From the NCBI RefSeq assembly GCF_006345805.1, contig NW_021832411.1, forward strand, positions 1-64,000: a DNA stretch of 64,000 bases, in the 5' to 3' direction. The notes under the pieces are model-generated. The model worked only from the letters and a program-made list of their open reading frames with translations, did not search any database and was not told the DNA's origin. The stretch comes from Octopus sinensis (lineage: Eukaryota). Of this stretch, positions 43,324 to 57,276 are shown in pieces (within the stretch, counting starts at the first letter, position 1; each line of letters opens with the position of its first letter). Both the position numbers and the translations under genes were made by a program.

Positions 43324-43864
43324 AGGTATTTCCACGTCCCCGCGCATAAATACATGCATACATATAATGTGAAACAATGTCTTCAGTGTGAGTATGTGGA
43401 CTGTGGGGTCGACCGCGTCCTCCGCTTCATCTTTTGTAAATCACTCATTCTCATTTCATTGTATATATTTTAATTGTTTATTCATACGTTTCGTCCCATT
43501 CGATCCCCTGACCCCAATGTTTGTTTTGTCTGACCTCGTATCGTCCCCTCTTTTTTTCAACCTTATATGGTTAATAAAGAAATTGATTGCTTATGTGCTC
43601 TTCCGCCCTTTGACAGGTCTTATTTTTCGTTCTGCAGGGTGACCAACAACCACCCTCCTCACCAAGCAAGCTTGATAAGGTTGCCAGTTTAGTCGTCGAT
43701 GACCCGACCATGCAACAGGCTGTACTGGGTTACATGTTACATACATACCTACATATCTACGAGTGCAAATTTTCTTTTCTTTTTTTTTTTTCTTTTTTTA
43801 ACCTGTAGTATTTTTTATCTGTCAGTGTATTTTTATCAATGAAAATATGTTTACAGATTCTTTT

Positions 43865-44586
43865 CTACTCTAGGCACAAGGCCTGAAATTTTTGGAGACG
43901 GGGCCAGTCGATTAGATCGACCTAGTACGCAACTGGTACTTAATTTATCGACTCTGAAAGGATGAACGGTGAAGTCGACCTCGGCGGAATTTGTACTAAG
44001 AACGTAAAGACAGGCGAAATACCTATTTCTTTATTACCCACAAGGGGCTAAACACAGAGGGGGACAAACAAGGACAGACATAGGTATTAAGTCGATTACA
44101 TCGACCCCAGTGCGTAACTGGTACTTAATTTATCGACCCCGAAAGGATGAAAGGGCAAGTCGACCTCGGCGGAATTTGAACTCACAACGTAACGACAGAC
44201 GAAATACGGCTACGCATATCGCCCGGCGTGCTAACGTTTCTGCCAGCTCGCCGCCTTTTACTTTCTATAGATTGACAAGTTTCGACAGGCGAAATACCGC
44301 TAAGCATTTCTTCCGGCATGCTGTTTCTTATTTCTTTATTGCCCACAAGGGGCTAAACATAGAGGGGACAAACAAGGACAGACAAACGGATTAAGTCGAT
44401 TATATCGACCCCAGTGCGTAACTGGTACTTATTTAATCGACCCTGAAAGGATGAAAGGCAAAGTCGACCTAGGCGGAATTTGAACTCAGAACGTAGCGGC
44501 AGACGAAATACCGCTAAGTATTTCGCCCGGCGTGCTAACGTTTCTGCCAGCTCACCGCCTTTTACTTTCTAAAGATTGACAAGTTT
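43865..44586 (-). mobile_element. Nested cluster of three family A SINEs
   Basis: An old copy is split by a young copy (44024-44283) with TSD GACAGGCGAAATACC at 44009-44023 and 44284-44298; another young copy lies at ~44325-44561. Confidence 0.88.
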
Positions 44587-44693
44587 GCGTGTTGGTATTC
44601 GTTTGCATCTGTGTATACGTATTCTTCAACCGCCCAAAAGACCCAGCCACCACACAACCTCCATCACACGATAAAAAAAAAACCTTGTATATA

Positions 44694-44725
<32 letters not shown>

Positions 44726-44869
44726 CAATCATGATCTCTCCCGTCGTTAGACGACGTATGAGGGTTCGACAATTTCTTGCCGAAAGAATCACACAGATGA
44801 TTTGTTTAAAGTGTCGAGTTTTTGTGCTCACATAAGCTCGCTCACTCCATCAAATTGACATTACCTGTA

Positions 44870-45022
44870 CAGGCGCACCATGTGCCACACGACGAAATGA
44901 TCGCAAAACAATGTGAAACGATGTGCTTTGCTCAAGAACATAACGCAACGACCGGTCTGGGAATCGATCCCACAATCGTGAGTACAACACCCTAACCACT
45001 AAGCCATACGCCTTCACATGTA
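44870..45022 (-). mobile_element. SINE family D head
   Basis: rc GAAGGCGTATGGCTTAGTGGTTAGGGTGTTG..GATTCCCAGACCGG; a similar head lies at ~60895-61010 (minus). Confidence 0.7.
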
Positions 45023-45026
45023 TATG

Positions 45027-45082
<56 letters not shown>

Positions 45083-45869
45083 CAGTTCTATATTTAAGAG
45101 GTGAGGAATTATTTACATTATTTACATTTGACGGATATTTGTCCTCATCAGGTGTCTTGGAGAAATTTCGGACTGGATTCTCATTCCTAAGGCATTCTTC
45201 GATGCTATCATTATTATTATTCAGGTCACTGCCTGGAATCGAACTCGGAATATTGGGGTTAGCAGTCCGCGCTCTGAACCCCTTCATCATATGCCCGTGG
45301 GCAAATATGGAGTGAATATCTATATATATCTGTATATGTATATATATATATACACACACACAGATTCTTAGATATATATGGTGGGGTGTATGTGTATCTG
45401 TGCATGTATGTATATAAGTACATAATGGTGTGTGTGTTTGTGCAAACTGCGTGGTCAAGTATAAGATCATTCTAGTATTCTTATTCTTTTTACCCGTTTC
45501 TACCATCCTACCATGAAAATGCTAAAATACCACCACCAGCTTTATGGCAGCGCTGCACGTGGCATTCGGTGAATAAGGAAGTCTGACATGGCTGCTCTCA
45601 TCTCTACCTCAACGCTGCTATATTTAGGTTCATTCAAAAATTGCCCACGTAATGCTTGTGAAGTACTCCAAGGGTTAGAAACAGCGACTGCATATATATT
45701 CTTTATGTTTTGAGGAAGAATGAAATACAATTAGATTCTAATTTAACCCTTTGCATCAAGTTAATTCTCTTTTCCCATATTTTTGCATGAATTTCTTCCA
45801 CTTTGAACAGGAAAAATCCTGACTATATCATCAACGTTTATTCATGTGTTCTTTTATTGGTTTCAGCCA

Positions 45870-46170
45870 GAGGTTGAGACCGTTTAAACTCAATCGTGTC
45901 CCTTCCTCCAGAATTGATCCTGCGAAGCAATGAGTTGGGCAGAGCTTCACATTTTTTTGCCTTTCTTGTCGTGATGTGGGTCCATCAGATATACGAGATA
46001 AAAATTTGTTTGATTGTTCTATAAACACAACCACATCTCGTAGTTCTCTGAGACCTTTTGGTAGAGTATGGAAAAGTTGTAGGCCTTTGAACCTGTTACA
46101 GTATTGTTTCCTTACTCTGGACTTCACAGACTTTCATAGTCTCATCTTCAAGATGATGTGATGTTGGCGT
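45870..46170 (-). mobile_element. CR1-clade LINE 3' fragment
   Basis: FKGLQLFHTLPKGLRELRDV.VF..NKFLSRISDGPT resembles the CR1 ORF2 C-terminus (GP.LFN.LP..LR..FK..LD.FL..IPDEP). Confidence 0.7.
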
Positions 46171-46457
46171 ATGTAATATCTCAGAAAAACCAGAATCATG
46201 AATTTGGATAACAAAGGTATGCAAAGAAAGGAATCCAAGATAAATTTTTAATTTACTGAAAGTCCCTTTGTTTCCAAAGTGAGTATCCGAATGCCTAGCG
46301 GCAATAGCAGCCGATATCAGGTGAGGAGGGAGGTGAATCTCACTAAATTCAAATCAATAGTCTAAATTAGCATACCATTAAGGAAAATGTTGGGGTTAGT
46401 CAGAAGATGATAGGATATGCTAAGAACAAATGTTTCTTGCTCAACAGGCGTTATATA

Positions 46458-46511
<54 letters not shown>

Positions 46512-46559
46512 GGTGCGGATTCTCTTCGACGTGTGAGGACTCAACAGGCTAGTTGTTAA

Positions 46560-47420
46560 GTTACTCACACAGGTGCTTTGTTTTCAGTAGTGAAGATTTG
46601 TGTAGAACCAGCCACAGATTTTTAAACTGCTGATGGCAAAAAATTCATGAAAATTGTTTGCTTTAAACTCAATGAAAAACATACCTCAGGCTTCTATTAT
46701 TCTCTCTCTCCTGGGTTAGTTGCTTTCGCCATAGTTGAGAGTCCAACCCCACTCTGGTAATCTAAATGCGCACCTGGGTACCAAACCAGAAATTTATAAA
46801 CTCATTTGTTGTGCTAATAAATACGAAATATGTCCACAAGGCTTCCTGGCTCATATACTTGACTACCTAAGAGTCTACATCCACAAATGGCACATATTGG
46901 GTGATTATATAAGTCAAAGGAGTGCCTCACATTCGATGCTATGTTATATCTTTACAAGTCCACAATTTATCCTTGTATGGAATACTTTTGTTATATTTGG
47001 GCAGGTGCACCATCTTATCGCTTGAATCTCCTTAGCTGGGTTCAGAAGCGAGTGTCTAATTTAATTGGTCCCTCTTTCGCTTCAACTCCACAACCCTTGC
47101 CACATCAACATCACATAGCCAGTTTTAGTATTTCCCATCGTTATTACCACAGGAAATGCTCTGATGAACTTCCTCTCTTACTTCCAGATCACTTTGTGCT
47201 ATTTCACCTGACTTGAATCTCACAGCGACTTCATTCAAATGCTGTTGTGCTTCCACAAACAAGTCTTTCTACGTTCGCAGCATTTTTTCCCTCGAACTGC
47301 CAGGCTGTACTTTTCTTCCATCTCATTGTTTGACTCCTTCTCATGACCTGAACTCTTTTAAGTCTAAAGTACATTCATTCCATTCGCCTTAATTTCTTCC
47401 TCTTCTTCTTCTTAGTGGTT
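46560..47420 (+). mobile_element. CR1/L2-like LINE remnant (possible endonuclease scrap plus post-RT domain)
   Basis: LYLYKSTIYPCMEYFCYIWAGAPSYRLNLLSWVQKR..IASFSISHRYYHRKCSDEL matches LYK..IRP.MEY...W.GA..LD..Q.R..SL..FYRY..G.CS.EL. SGNLNAH at ~46753 resembles GDFNAH. Confidence 0.75.
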
Positions 47421-48152
47421 TCTCGCCTTGTTTGGAACTTTCTAATTACAAAGAAAAAAATGTAATCAGGGTCGCTTCGGGAATGTTTCTACGCTACTTT
47501 GGCTCACTGTTCTGCAGTGCAAATTTGCTCCATCTTGTAACACCTTGTGAGCTACATTACGGAAGAAGAATGAAGAACAAACAAACAGGATATTGGTTGA
47601 ATATCCTACTGAATTAACCTATTCAGAAATTTAATGTCGAATGGTGACAATAATTAACAATTTTGGAACTCTTAACTATTACGTTTCGGTTGTAAAGCAC
47701 TCTTCATGTTGGTTTGTAATAGGATGTCACTGAATAGCAATTTTGTTATTGATCAAATTCTTTCTCTCCAGACAAAATCCATGGAACATGAAATGACAGT
47801 CAGTTTCCTCATTTTTGAAACCATTCTCCAAGAATTAAAAAACTTCTTGTTTTAATATCATCGACCAATTTAATTTCTCTCTCAAATAGTTTTTAAAAGT
47901 CAAAATAAAATTCACGAAAGAAAATTATTTTTTCATTGAAATGACATTAGACAAGCTGTATATATCGACATCAAGATAGTCATCTCGTAACCTTAACAAC
48001 TAAAGGGGGTGGGGATGATTAGTTATTCATTTATATATTTATTTATTTATCGTTATTCTTCTGTTACACTCTACTACTTTCTCAACAGCAAACAAGCGAT
48101 CGAATACCTCCTGTTCCCTCTTTTGATGATAGCTTATCTGTTTATTTATTTG

Positions 48153-48191
<39 letters not shown>

Positions 48192-48951
48192 TATGATCCC
48201 ATCACACATCATTGTTTTATGCACCGCCTTTGTTTTTTTATTTATGTCCTTTATTTTTCGTTATTTTATTACCTTTTATTTCCACTTATCTTTTACCATC
48301 ATCAATTTCCTTTACGTCCACCTCATCACTACCATCATCATCAACGACAACTTTATTACCACTTCTAACTGACTCATTTAGTCTTTCCGGATTCTGGGAC
48401 AGCAGTCATGTTTATAATTATGTTTGTTATTACTATTGTTTTTTCTATCCTATATATATATAAGGTATGGGCGGTATGTATATGTGGGTGGGTGGTCGCT
48501 TTTCCTAATTCTGCTTCGATTATTTACTTCATTTGCTTGTTTTTTTATTTCCGCTTGTTTTCATCAGTATTTTGTCCATGGCGTTTTCTAGTAATTATTC
48601 ATGTGTGTGTAGTCAACCGTGACTGAATGGCGACAGCTCAGTCAATATAACAGACGTGACGTGAAAGCCGAGGTTAAACTGATCTCGGGGACTTCAGAAA
48701 GCTTCATGTTACATTTGTTAATACTTTCAGCATATACACGGTGCCTTATAATAATGGGACGCCATTTTAATTGATCTGTATTAGGTACTTCTCTGTATAA
48801 CTTTACATCAAGTTTAGCGTTGTTCTTGTTGGTGGTGGTGGTCATCGTGGTCGTTGAGGTAGTCGTAGTGTTTAACATCTGAGACAATCCCGATTAAGTA
48901 AATCTTTAATCAAATCTGTGATGGCCATACCATTTTCTTGAGGCATATAGA

Positions 48952-49421
<470 letters not shown>

Positions 49422-49833
49422 CTGAATTTCGTTCCAGGTTGGGCTGTTCACGACTGTACGCTGGGTAAATTTTTATAAGGATTAGGCGAATGTTAGATGT
49501 ATCTGTGTGGGATGTGAATGATGAATATCTTTGAACATTAGTTTACATGTGTAAGGCTTGAATAAGAAATTATTTGTTAAGATGTGTGTATGTGTGTTAG
49601 AGTGGCGGACACTCTTGTTTTATTGTATAGGAATACAATCGGACTTAATTGAAATTGCATATATATAATGATATCAACACAGTTGTTATCTCCTGTCATT
49701 ATAAATATTATAGATTAGAAATTCCTTTCGTAAACGATCCCGTTGTTTCACCTCTCATAATAGGGAGCCTTATGTCAAAAATGCTGCCATTTCAAACTGG
49801 CAGCTGGGTTTCAATCTCACACACTCCTACCTT

Positions 49834-49870
<37 letters not shown>

Positions 49871-50898
49871 GTGTTATTGTATCTCAAGGCTTGTCAACTT
49901 TTACACTTTTATCTCTATACATACAGCATGATAACATACGACAGCGCGTGCACGAAAGATGGAGAGAGGGAGATACAGAAAGGCATTGAGAGAGAGAAGG
50001 GAGATAATGAATTGCTCAGCAAATCTACAATGACAGTATTTTACTTTTGTTGGCGGCCATTTTGAAACTTTATCTTACCGTTTTCGTTGCATTACACCGC
50101 TTGTTAGAAATAATTTTACTTTATATATTTGGTTTTAGATTTTTGTTTTTGTTTCTATGACAACAAAGGCACGTGAGATTATTAGTTTGGGGTTGCAACA
50201 AAAAAGAGGAAAATCTAAATGCTATTATTTACGCAAATGAAGGTGGCAAGCTAGCAAAATCATTTGAGTGCCGGACTAAATGCCTACCGGTATTTCTTTG
50301 ACTCATTACGTTGAGATCAACACCCTTCTGGGGTCGATAAAATAAATTACTAGTCAACGAGATGGATGAACAAATTGGATCAGCGAGGGAGTCATTGATT
50401 AAAGGAACAATTTGGGCCAACAACAATATCTGACCAATGAGGTTGAGAGGTTAGCGAGGGGTCTCTATGTGGTCGTTCAACTTGTAAGAAATACTAGCTC
50501 AATTTCCTTCAACACACATCCCATCGTTTCAGAAAATAAAGACACTTTGAATCATGTAGTTTTAGATGTGTTGGGCATAGTGAAAAAACGCGATGGCCAC
50601 AGCTAGAATGCCTTTCATTATATGTTTGCACAATTATAGCTCACCCGGGACTAAACAACAACCAAATGTTGGTCAAGTTTTTGAAAAGTGCCTTCGCGTT
50701 GCATTATACTTCTTGTAACAGCCACCGACATCGGTCTCCACTTTACAGACCCACTAGGGCCCACTACAGAAGTAATGTGAAACTTGGAAACACGTGTCAG
50801 TAATGACAGGCCGTAGGTTTCGGTGTGAAACTCGATGGACTTTGAAAAATATTTTTCTTGCTAGTCTCCAAGCATTTTGAACCTAATTGATTGGTTAA

Positions 50899-50941
<43 letters not shown>

Positions 50942-51269
50942 ACTACAAAATTAGAGAATGGAGAAACATACTTAAATCAATAAAACATCAACTATCCGAT
51001 GATACCCAATCAATACTTTAATACACCATTACATATGAGTAAAGGCATTATATAAAATGAGATATACAGTAATAGTAAAAAGATAAAGAGATATAAGTAA
51101 AAAATTTTTCAAATAAATATGCAATTAAATCAAAACTGACAGCTGTTTCGGCATGAGGGCGGATATATATTATCCCATGGTGGGTTGAATTTTCAACCCC
51201 TATCTCATTTTATATATATGTATATATATATATGTATATAATATATGTATATGTATATTATATATATGT

Positions 51270-51348
<79 letters not shown>

Positions 51349-52291
51349 TGCATGCATGCGTGTATGTATGTTTGTATGTATGTATGTATGTATGTATTAT
51401 ATTCAGTCATCCTTTTAGGTGAGAAAATTCGGCGTTTCAACACTTCCACTTTGAACATATTACCGTATAGTGTTTATGTGTTAATAATAATTTCTAGGTG
51501 TTTGATGTGAGTCATTGCGTCAGTATGTACACTCGTTTGCGTAATACACATTATTACATCAACCAATCGCTGAATTTTTGAAACAGCTGTAAAGACCTAT
51601 CAATACTATATTTTTTCTTTGTCAGATACCCTTGTTTACGTTTATGTAACAGCTTTTATAAATGATATAACGCCATATGTAAGTGCTTGTCCATATTTTG
51701 TCTCTATAGACAGATAGATAGATAGAGAGAGAGAGAGAGATCTAACAGTTTCAACATGATATAGAAAAATGTTCACCCAGCAAGATTTTTAATGAATCGA
51801 TTGTTTTTAGTTCTTGGTTTGTTTGTGTTTTTTAAGTTTTCTTGTGCATAGATTTTGTCTGTTATTTATTTATTTTTTTATCGTCGTCTCTTTCTTTTTT
51901 GTAAATTAAATATTAGATTTTTAATAATCAACAAACTTTGCTTGACAAACACCTTGACTGAGAGTGAAACTAGTTTGTTTGTTTTTCTTTTTGTCTGTTT
52001 TTTTTTTATTTTGATATCTCTACCTGATAACCTGTAACCATCAACAATAATAATAATAATAATAATAAAAATGTGCAAACAATAGAGAAAATGAAATACT
52101 TGTGTGAAAAGGCTGGGCGTCATTCCGTAACTAATTGTAATCTAATAGTACCTCTAGATGTCGGTAGTGTTTATTGGAGGGCGTGGCCAGCAATGATCAT
52201 TTCAGAAGACCTCCACATCAAAGACAAGTCCTACTGAAGAGACTTGTTACGTCGGTATGTGTCATTTGAAGCCACACACACACACACATCT

Positions 52292-52294
<3 letters not shown>

Positions 52295-52374
<80 letters not shown>

Positions 52375-52800
52375 CCTCCCTCTTTCTCATCTTCCTTCAC
52401 TTTTGTCTCTCGTCTTTTACCTCCTGTCCTATTCTGTTTTTTTTTCTTTTCTTTCCCTCTTCCTCCTCCTTCCTTCTGTTTTCTTCTTTTCCTTCTTTTT
52501 TCTTTCTACTTTTATTCTTCTTTCATTCCTCTTTTCTTTTTTTTGTCTCATTGTCCTCTTTTCCTTCTACTTCGTCGTCTTTTTCTCTTCTTCCTTCATC
52601 ATCATTATCGTTATCTTCTCTTTCTGCTTTTCTTCTTTTCTTCGTTATCGTTGTTGCCTTCTTCTTCATCGTCGTCTTCTCTTTCTTCTCTTTCATTTTC
52701 GTTATCGTTGTCTTCCTTTTCTGCCATTTTCTTTCAGTATATTTATTCACATTCATCTTTGTTCTTTCTTTCCTTAAAAGTCATATTGTTTTTCCTTCTC
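52295..52800. repeat. (CT)n microsatellite and long polypyrimidine low-complexity tract
   Basis: Direct reading. Confidence 0.92.
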
Positions 52801-53235
52801 ATTTTTTGTCAAAGATTTTTCTCTCTATTTTTTAACTTTTTCTTATTTCACACAATATTTCAAAAAAAAGAAAAAAGAAAAACTCGCGTTGACCTTTTTC
52901 TTCTTTGATTGTTAAAATGTACACTTTTCAACAGAAATAATAATAATTTTTTAGATATGACAAGATGAAATATTTTATATGGGTGGATATATTAAAATTA
53001 ATCGACCCTTGCATTTGATTGACACCTGTGTTACCCACCCAGTATTAATTAAAAAGGAAGAAAAGAGAAAAAGAAAAATCACCCCGTGAGACTTAGCCTC
53101 AGAATATAAACCAGTGCTTTCCAACTAGTATGCCCCTTAAGCAGAAAGGTCTCAAATAATTGTTTCTAGTCAAAATAATTTCTTTTATTTACATGTGTAG
53201 ATTAAAATCAACACATACATACATACATACATACA

Positions 53236-53267
<32 letters not shown>

Positions 53268-53280
53268 GATAGATAGATGC

Positions 53281-53672
53281 AGAGTGGCTGTGTGGTAAGT
53301 AGCTTGCTTACCAACCACATGGTCCCGGGTTCAGTTCCACTGCGTGGCACCTTGGGCAAGTGTCTTCTACTATAGCCTCGGGCCGACCAAAGCCTTGTGA
53401 GTGGATTTGGTAGACGGAAACTGAAAGAAGCCTGTCGTATATATATATGTGTGTGTGTGTCTGTGTGTGTTTGTGTGTCTGTGTTTGTCTCCTCACCATC
53501 ACTTGACAATCGATGCTGATGCGTTTACGTCCCCGTAACTTAGCGGTTCGGAAAAGACACCGATAGAATTAGTACTAGGCTTACAAAGAATAAGTCCTGG
53601 GGTCGAGTTGCTTGACTAAAGCTGGTGCTCCAGCATGGCCGCAGTCAAATGACTGAAACAATTAAAAGAGTA
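53281..53672 (+). mobile_element. SINE family C, full length (cleanest copy)
   Basis: GAGTGGCTGTGTGGTAAGTAGCTTGC A-box region, GGGTTCAGTTCC B-box, CACCTTGGGCAAGTGTCTT CORE-like block, internal (TA)(TG), tail AAAAGAGT. Confidence 0.93.
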
Positions 53673-53704
<32 letters not shown>

Positions 53705-54113
53705 CACGCACACACATGTGTGTGTGTAACGTGTTTATGTATGCGTGTGTATGTATTTTAGTATGTGGTGGGGAAATATGAATGTATATGATACATTTGA
53801 CGGCTTGTAAGGGGCAGGGGCTTTTAAGAGGCACTTCAGTTTTGGAAGTCCCTTCCTTAAAGCCCCACTTGCCATCAACGTAAGCCCTGATATTGTGTTA
53901 TATTAGTTGCAGAATGATTTTTCTGGGACATAGTTTAAGAAAACAAAAATAGTCCACCTTATAACCGTCAAATACATCATGTGTGTACATGTATGTATAT
54001 GTTTGTGTGTGTATATATGTATATACGTATATTCGTGCTACTTTTAGTTAATTTACTAGTGACATAACAGTATCGAATTACATAAGGTATGTGTGTGTAT
54101 GTGTATATATATA

Positions 54114-54150
<37 letters not shown>

Positions 54151-54734
54151 GAAGAGGTAAAGAAAGAAACCAATACGTGTCTACTCGACCAACGTTTGAA
54201 ATACATTCAAAGTTGAAAGCTGAATGGCGGAAAACTGGAGCCATTATATATCAATAGCCCGTCATTTTAACTACAGGAAGCATATTGTTGACGGTGTGAT
54301 GATGGCTGCAAGACTGATTCGAGGGTATTTAAGACGTATTGAATGTAATTATATCACAAATAATAATGATGATGATAATAAAATAATGATAATCTGGCGA
54401 GGTGACACTTAGTACAACGTTGAATTATCGTTCTGTTAGTTTTGGGTTTTTTTATTTTTTCTCTTGGTTCTTCTTGTTGTATTCTTTCGGTTGTTCAGAA
54501 TTTAATATCTGTTATCTGATATCTCCTAAGTTTGACTTGTTGACCTGAGGAAACTTTGAAGAGAGTAGGTTACGGCGTTTTGATGGAGCATACCTCGGAG
54601 CAAAGGTTGTCTGCAGATGATCAGACCAACAATTTACTCTTCATAGACTCCTACATTGTCTCTCCCCCCACCCCTGCCAGCCATCACTGAAACCATGGAT
54701 GGCTTCTCTCAATCTTTCGTTTCAGACATTGGAC

Positions 54735-55068
54735 AGCGGCCATTTTGAAAAGTTAAGTCGAACAAATCGACCCAATTATTCTTTTTATGACCGGTGGTAC
54801 TTAATATATCGGTCCTTTTTTGCCGATCCCCTAAGTTACACGACATAAGCAAACCAACACCGGTTGGTTTGCGATGCGGGGACACAAACACGTAGACATT
54901 TATCACATATATAAATGACCGGCTTCCACTCAGTTTCCGTCTACCAAATTTATTCATAAGGCATTGGTTGCCCTGGAACTATAGTAAGAGACACTTGCCT
55001 AAGATGCCGCGCAGTGGAACTGAACCCAAACTATGTGGTTACTAAGCGAGCTCCTTAACCACACAGCC
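54735..55068 (-). mobile_element. SINE family C, diverged
   Basis: rc head TAACCACACAGCC and GCAGTGGAACTGAACCC. Confidence 0.82.
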
Positions 55069-56311
55069 AATGATTTTTTTTTCTTCTTGCTCGTTCAACT
55101 ACTGCGATCGATTATTTCATTATTCCTCGACACAACAAAATTCCCGGCTTTGGGCATTTTTTAGGAAAAGATTGGATTGGCAGAGTCGTTAGAGAATCGA
55201 ACAAACTACTTTGCGGTGTTTATTTCGGTTCTTTACATTCCGAGTTCAAATCCTGCAGTAGTAGACATTGCTTTCAACTCCCAGAATGAGATGATATGGC
55301 AAGGCTGACTGAGCATTCGGTCTGTTTTGGTGTCAGCGCGTTTTGACACCGGAGGCAAATACGCGGGCGCGCGCAAAAATATAAAGAAGCAGACAGAAAT
55401 AGTAATAGAAATGTGAGCGCGCGCGGCATGTTTGTGTGATGTATCCATCGGGGGACGGATAAGAAATTCGCTTCACGATCATGATGTCCTGGGTTCGATC
55501 CTACTCTACGGCATTTTGTGCAAATATTTTTACCATAGCTTATCCTTGGGTCGGACCAAACCTCGTAAATGAAATTGGGAAAGACAAAAACTACATTATA
55601 AGTCCCAAGTCAGTTGAGAGATGATACGAACCCTCTGTCTACTTCTTCGGTCGTCTCTGACTCACTGTTGGAATATCATAATCCTTAATTTAACAAAATA
55701 ACACTTGTGACCCTTGGCCCCTTTTTCATCCCCCAAACAATATTACACGAGCATTCAATTCAACTTATTAATCCATATTTACAAAGTAGACCACACATAT
55801 ATATATATATATATATATTTTGTGTGTGTGTGTACATATAATCTGTGATGAGCTTTACGGCTGCCGTCTTTTGTTATTCTGTCTAGCTTCATATTAAAGG
55901 GTTTTGTCTAATGGAGATCGGAGAACAAAGAAAGGGGCTGGATTTCAAATTAGAATTAAAGGGATCAGTAGAGGTGATTTCGACTTTTTAAAGTAATGTA
56001 GATGGAAAGGAGAACAAAACGAGGAGAGATGTTGGCGGATTTAAATAAACGGAGAGGGTGAGCGCGATAGACAAAAAATGTATTTATATTCAAATAGAGA
56101 TGAGTGTTATAGAAAGTGATGGGGTTGAGTGACATGGAGATTATGTGTGTGTGTGTGTTGTTTGTTTCTTTTGACCCATAGACAACAGGTAAACTTATAG
56201 CTAGAGTCAAGTCTCGTCTTTAACACTGTTTCAATTCCAGATTATACTCTACTGCATTTCAAGTGCATCACTGCGTTCTCCTTGTAAAAAGAATTTTATT
56301 TCGTCCCAATT

Positions 56312-56351
<40 letters not shown>

Positions 56352-56512
56352 GTGACGTATTTTTGCCATTTCAATATGGCTAACCCTAAGGGTGGATGCT
56401 ACTGTAGTTTTTAGCCCCAGGAGGACACACTCCTCCAGCTGGCCATAGACACTATCTGTGTCCTGTCAGTATTTGCAAAGGGAAGTCATCCTTCCGTCTT
56501 CAACTTATGATA

Positions 56513-56556
56513 CACACGGACTCGAGTTTCGAGGTATTGACCTCTCGTCAGCGTGT
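56513..56556 (-). ncRNA. Type I hammerhead ribozyme, copy 1 (helix I one base short)
   Basis: rc reads ACACG-CUGACGA-GAGG-UCAAUA-CCUC-GAAA-CUCGAG-UC^CGUGUG. Confidence 0.85.
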
Positions 56557-56860
56557 ACAATCATAGTTGTCGCCGAGAATTAGATTTTCTTCACAAATAC
56601 TTATACTTTTTCCAGCGTCCACTGTCGCTGATATTGAAAAGTGAAATCAAACAATGATAATATCAAGTGAGTATATACAGTAGCGGTAACACATCGTGAC
56701 GTATTTTTGCCATTTCAATATGGCTAACCACTAAGGGTGGATGCTACTGTAGTTTTTAGCCCCAGGAGGACACACTCCTCCAGCTGGCCATAGACACACT
56801 ATCTGTGTCCTGTCAGTATTTGCAAAGGGAAGTCATCCTTCCCGTCTTCAACTTATGATA

Positions 56861-56905
56861 CACACGGACTCGAGTTTCGAGGTATTGACCTCTCGTCAGC
56901 GTGTG
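56861..56905 (-). ncRNA. Type I hammerhead ribozyme, copy 2 (intact)
   Basis: rc reads CACACG-CUGACGA-GAGG-UCAAUA-CCUC-GAAA-CUCGAG-UC^CGUGUG; all core nucleotides present. Confidence 0.92.
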
Positions 56906-57232
56906 ACAATCATAGTTGTCGCCGAGAATTAGATTTCCTTCACAAATACTTATACTTTTTCCAGCGTCACTGTCGCTGATATTGAAAAAGTGAAATCAAA
57001 CAATGATAAATATCAAAGTGAGTTATATACAGTAGCGTAAACACATCGTGACGTATTTTTGCCATTTCAATATGGCTAACCCCTAAGGTGGATGACTGTA
57101 GTTTTTAGCCCCAGGAGGACACACTCCTCCAGCTGGCCATAGACACACTATCTGTGTCCTGTCAGTATTTGGACGCTGGAAAAAGTATAAGTATTTGTGA
57201 AGGAAATCTAATTCTCGGCGACAACTGATTGT

Positions 57233-57276
57233 CACACGTGACGAGAGGTCAATACCTCGAAACTCGAGTCCGTGTG
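57233..57276 (+). ncRNA. Type I hammerhead ribozyme, copy 3 (core C3 deleted as written)
   Basis: CACACG-_UGACGA-GAGG-UCAAUA-CCUC-GAAA-CUCGAG-UC-CGUGUG; the 1-nt deletion may be a real mutation or a consensus error. Confidence 0.75.

Noticed and set aside
47675-47715. Minus-strand CAUGAAGA..GAAACGUA hammerhead-like string
   Set aside because: The core is non-canonical and helices I and II are not convincing; at best a decayed relic.
52244-52908. F/L/S-rich 177-192 aa ORFs resembling membrane proteins
   Set aside because: Translation of a polypyrimidine tract.
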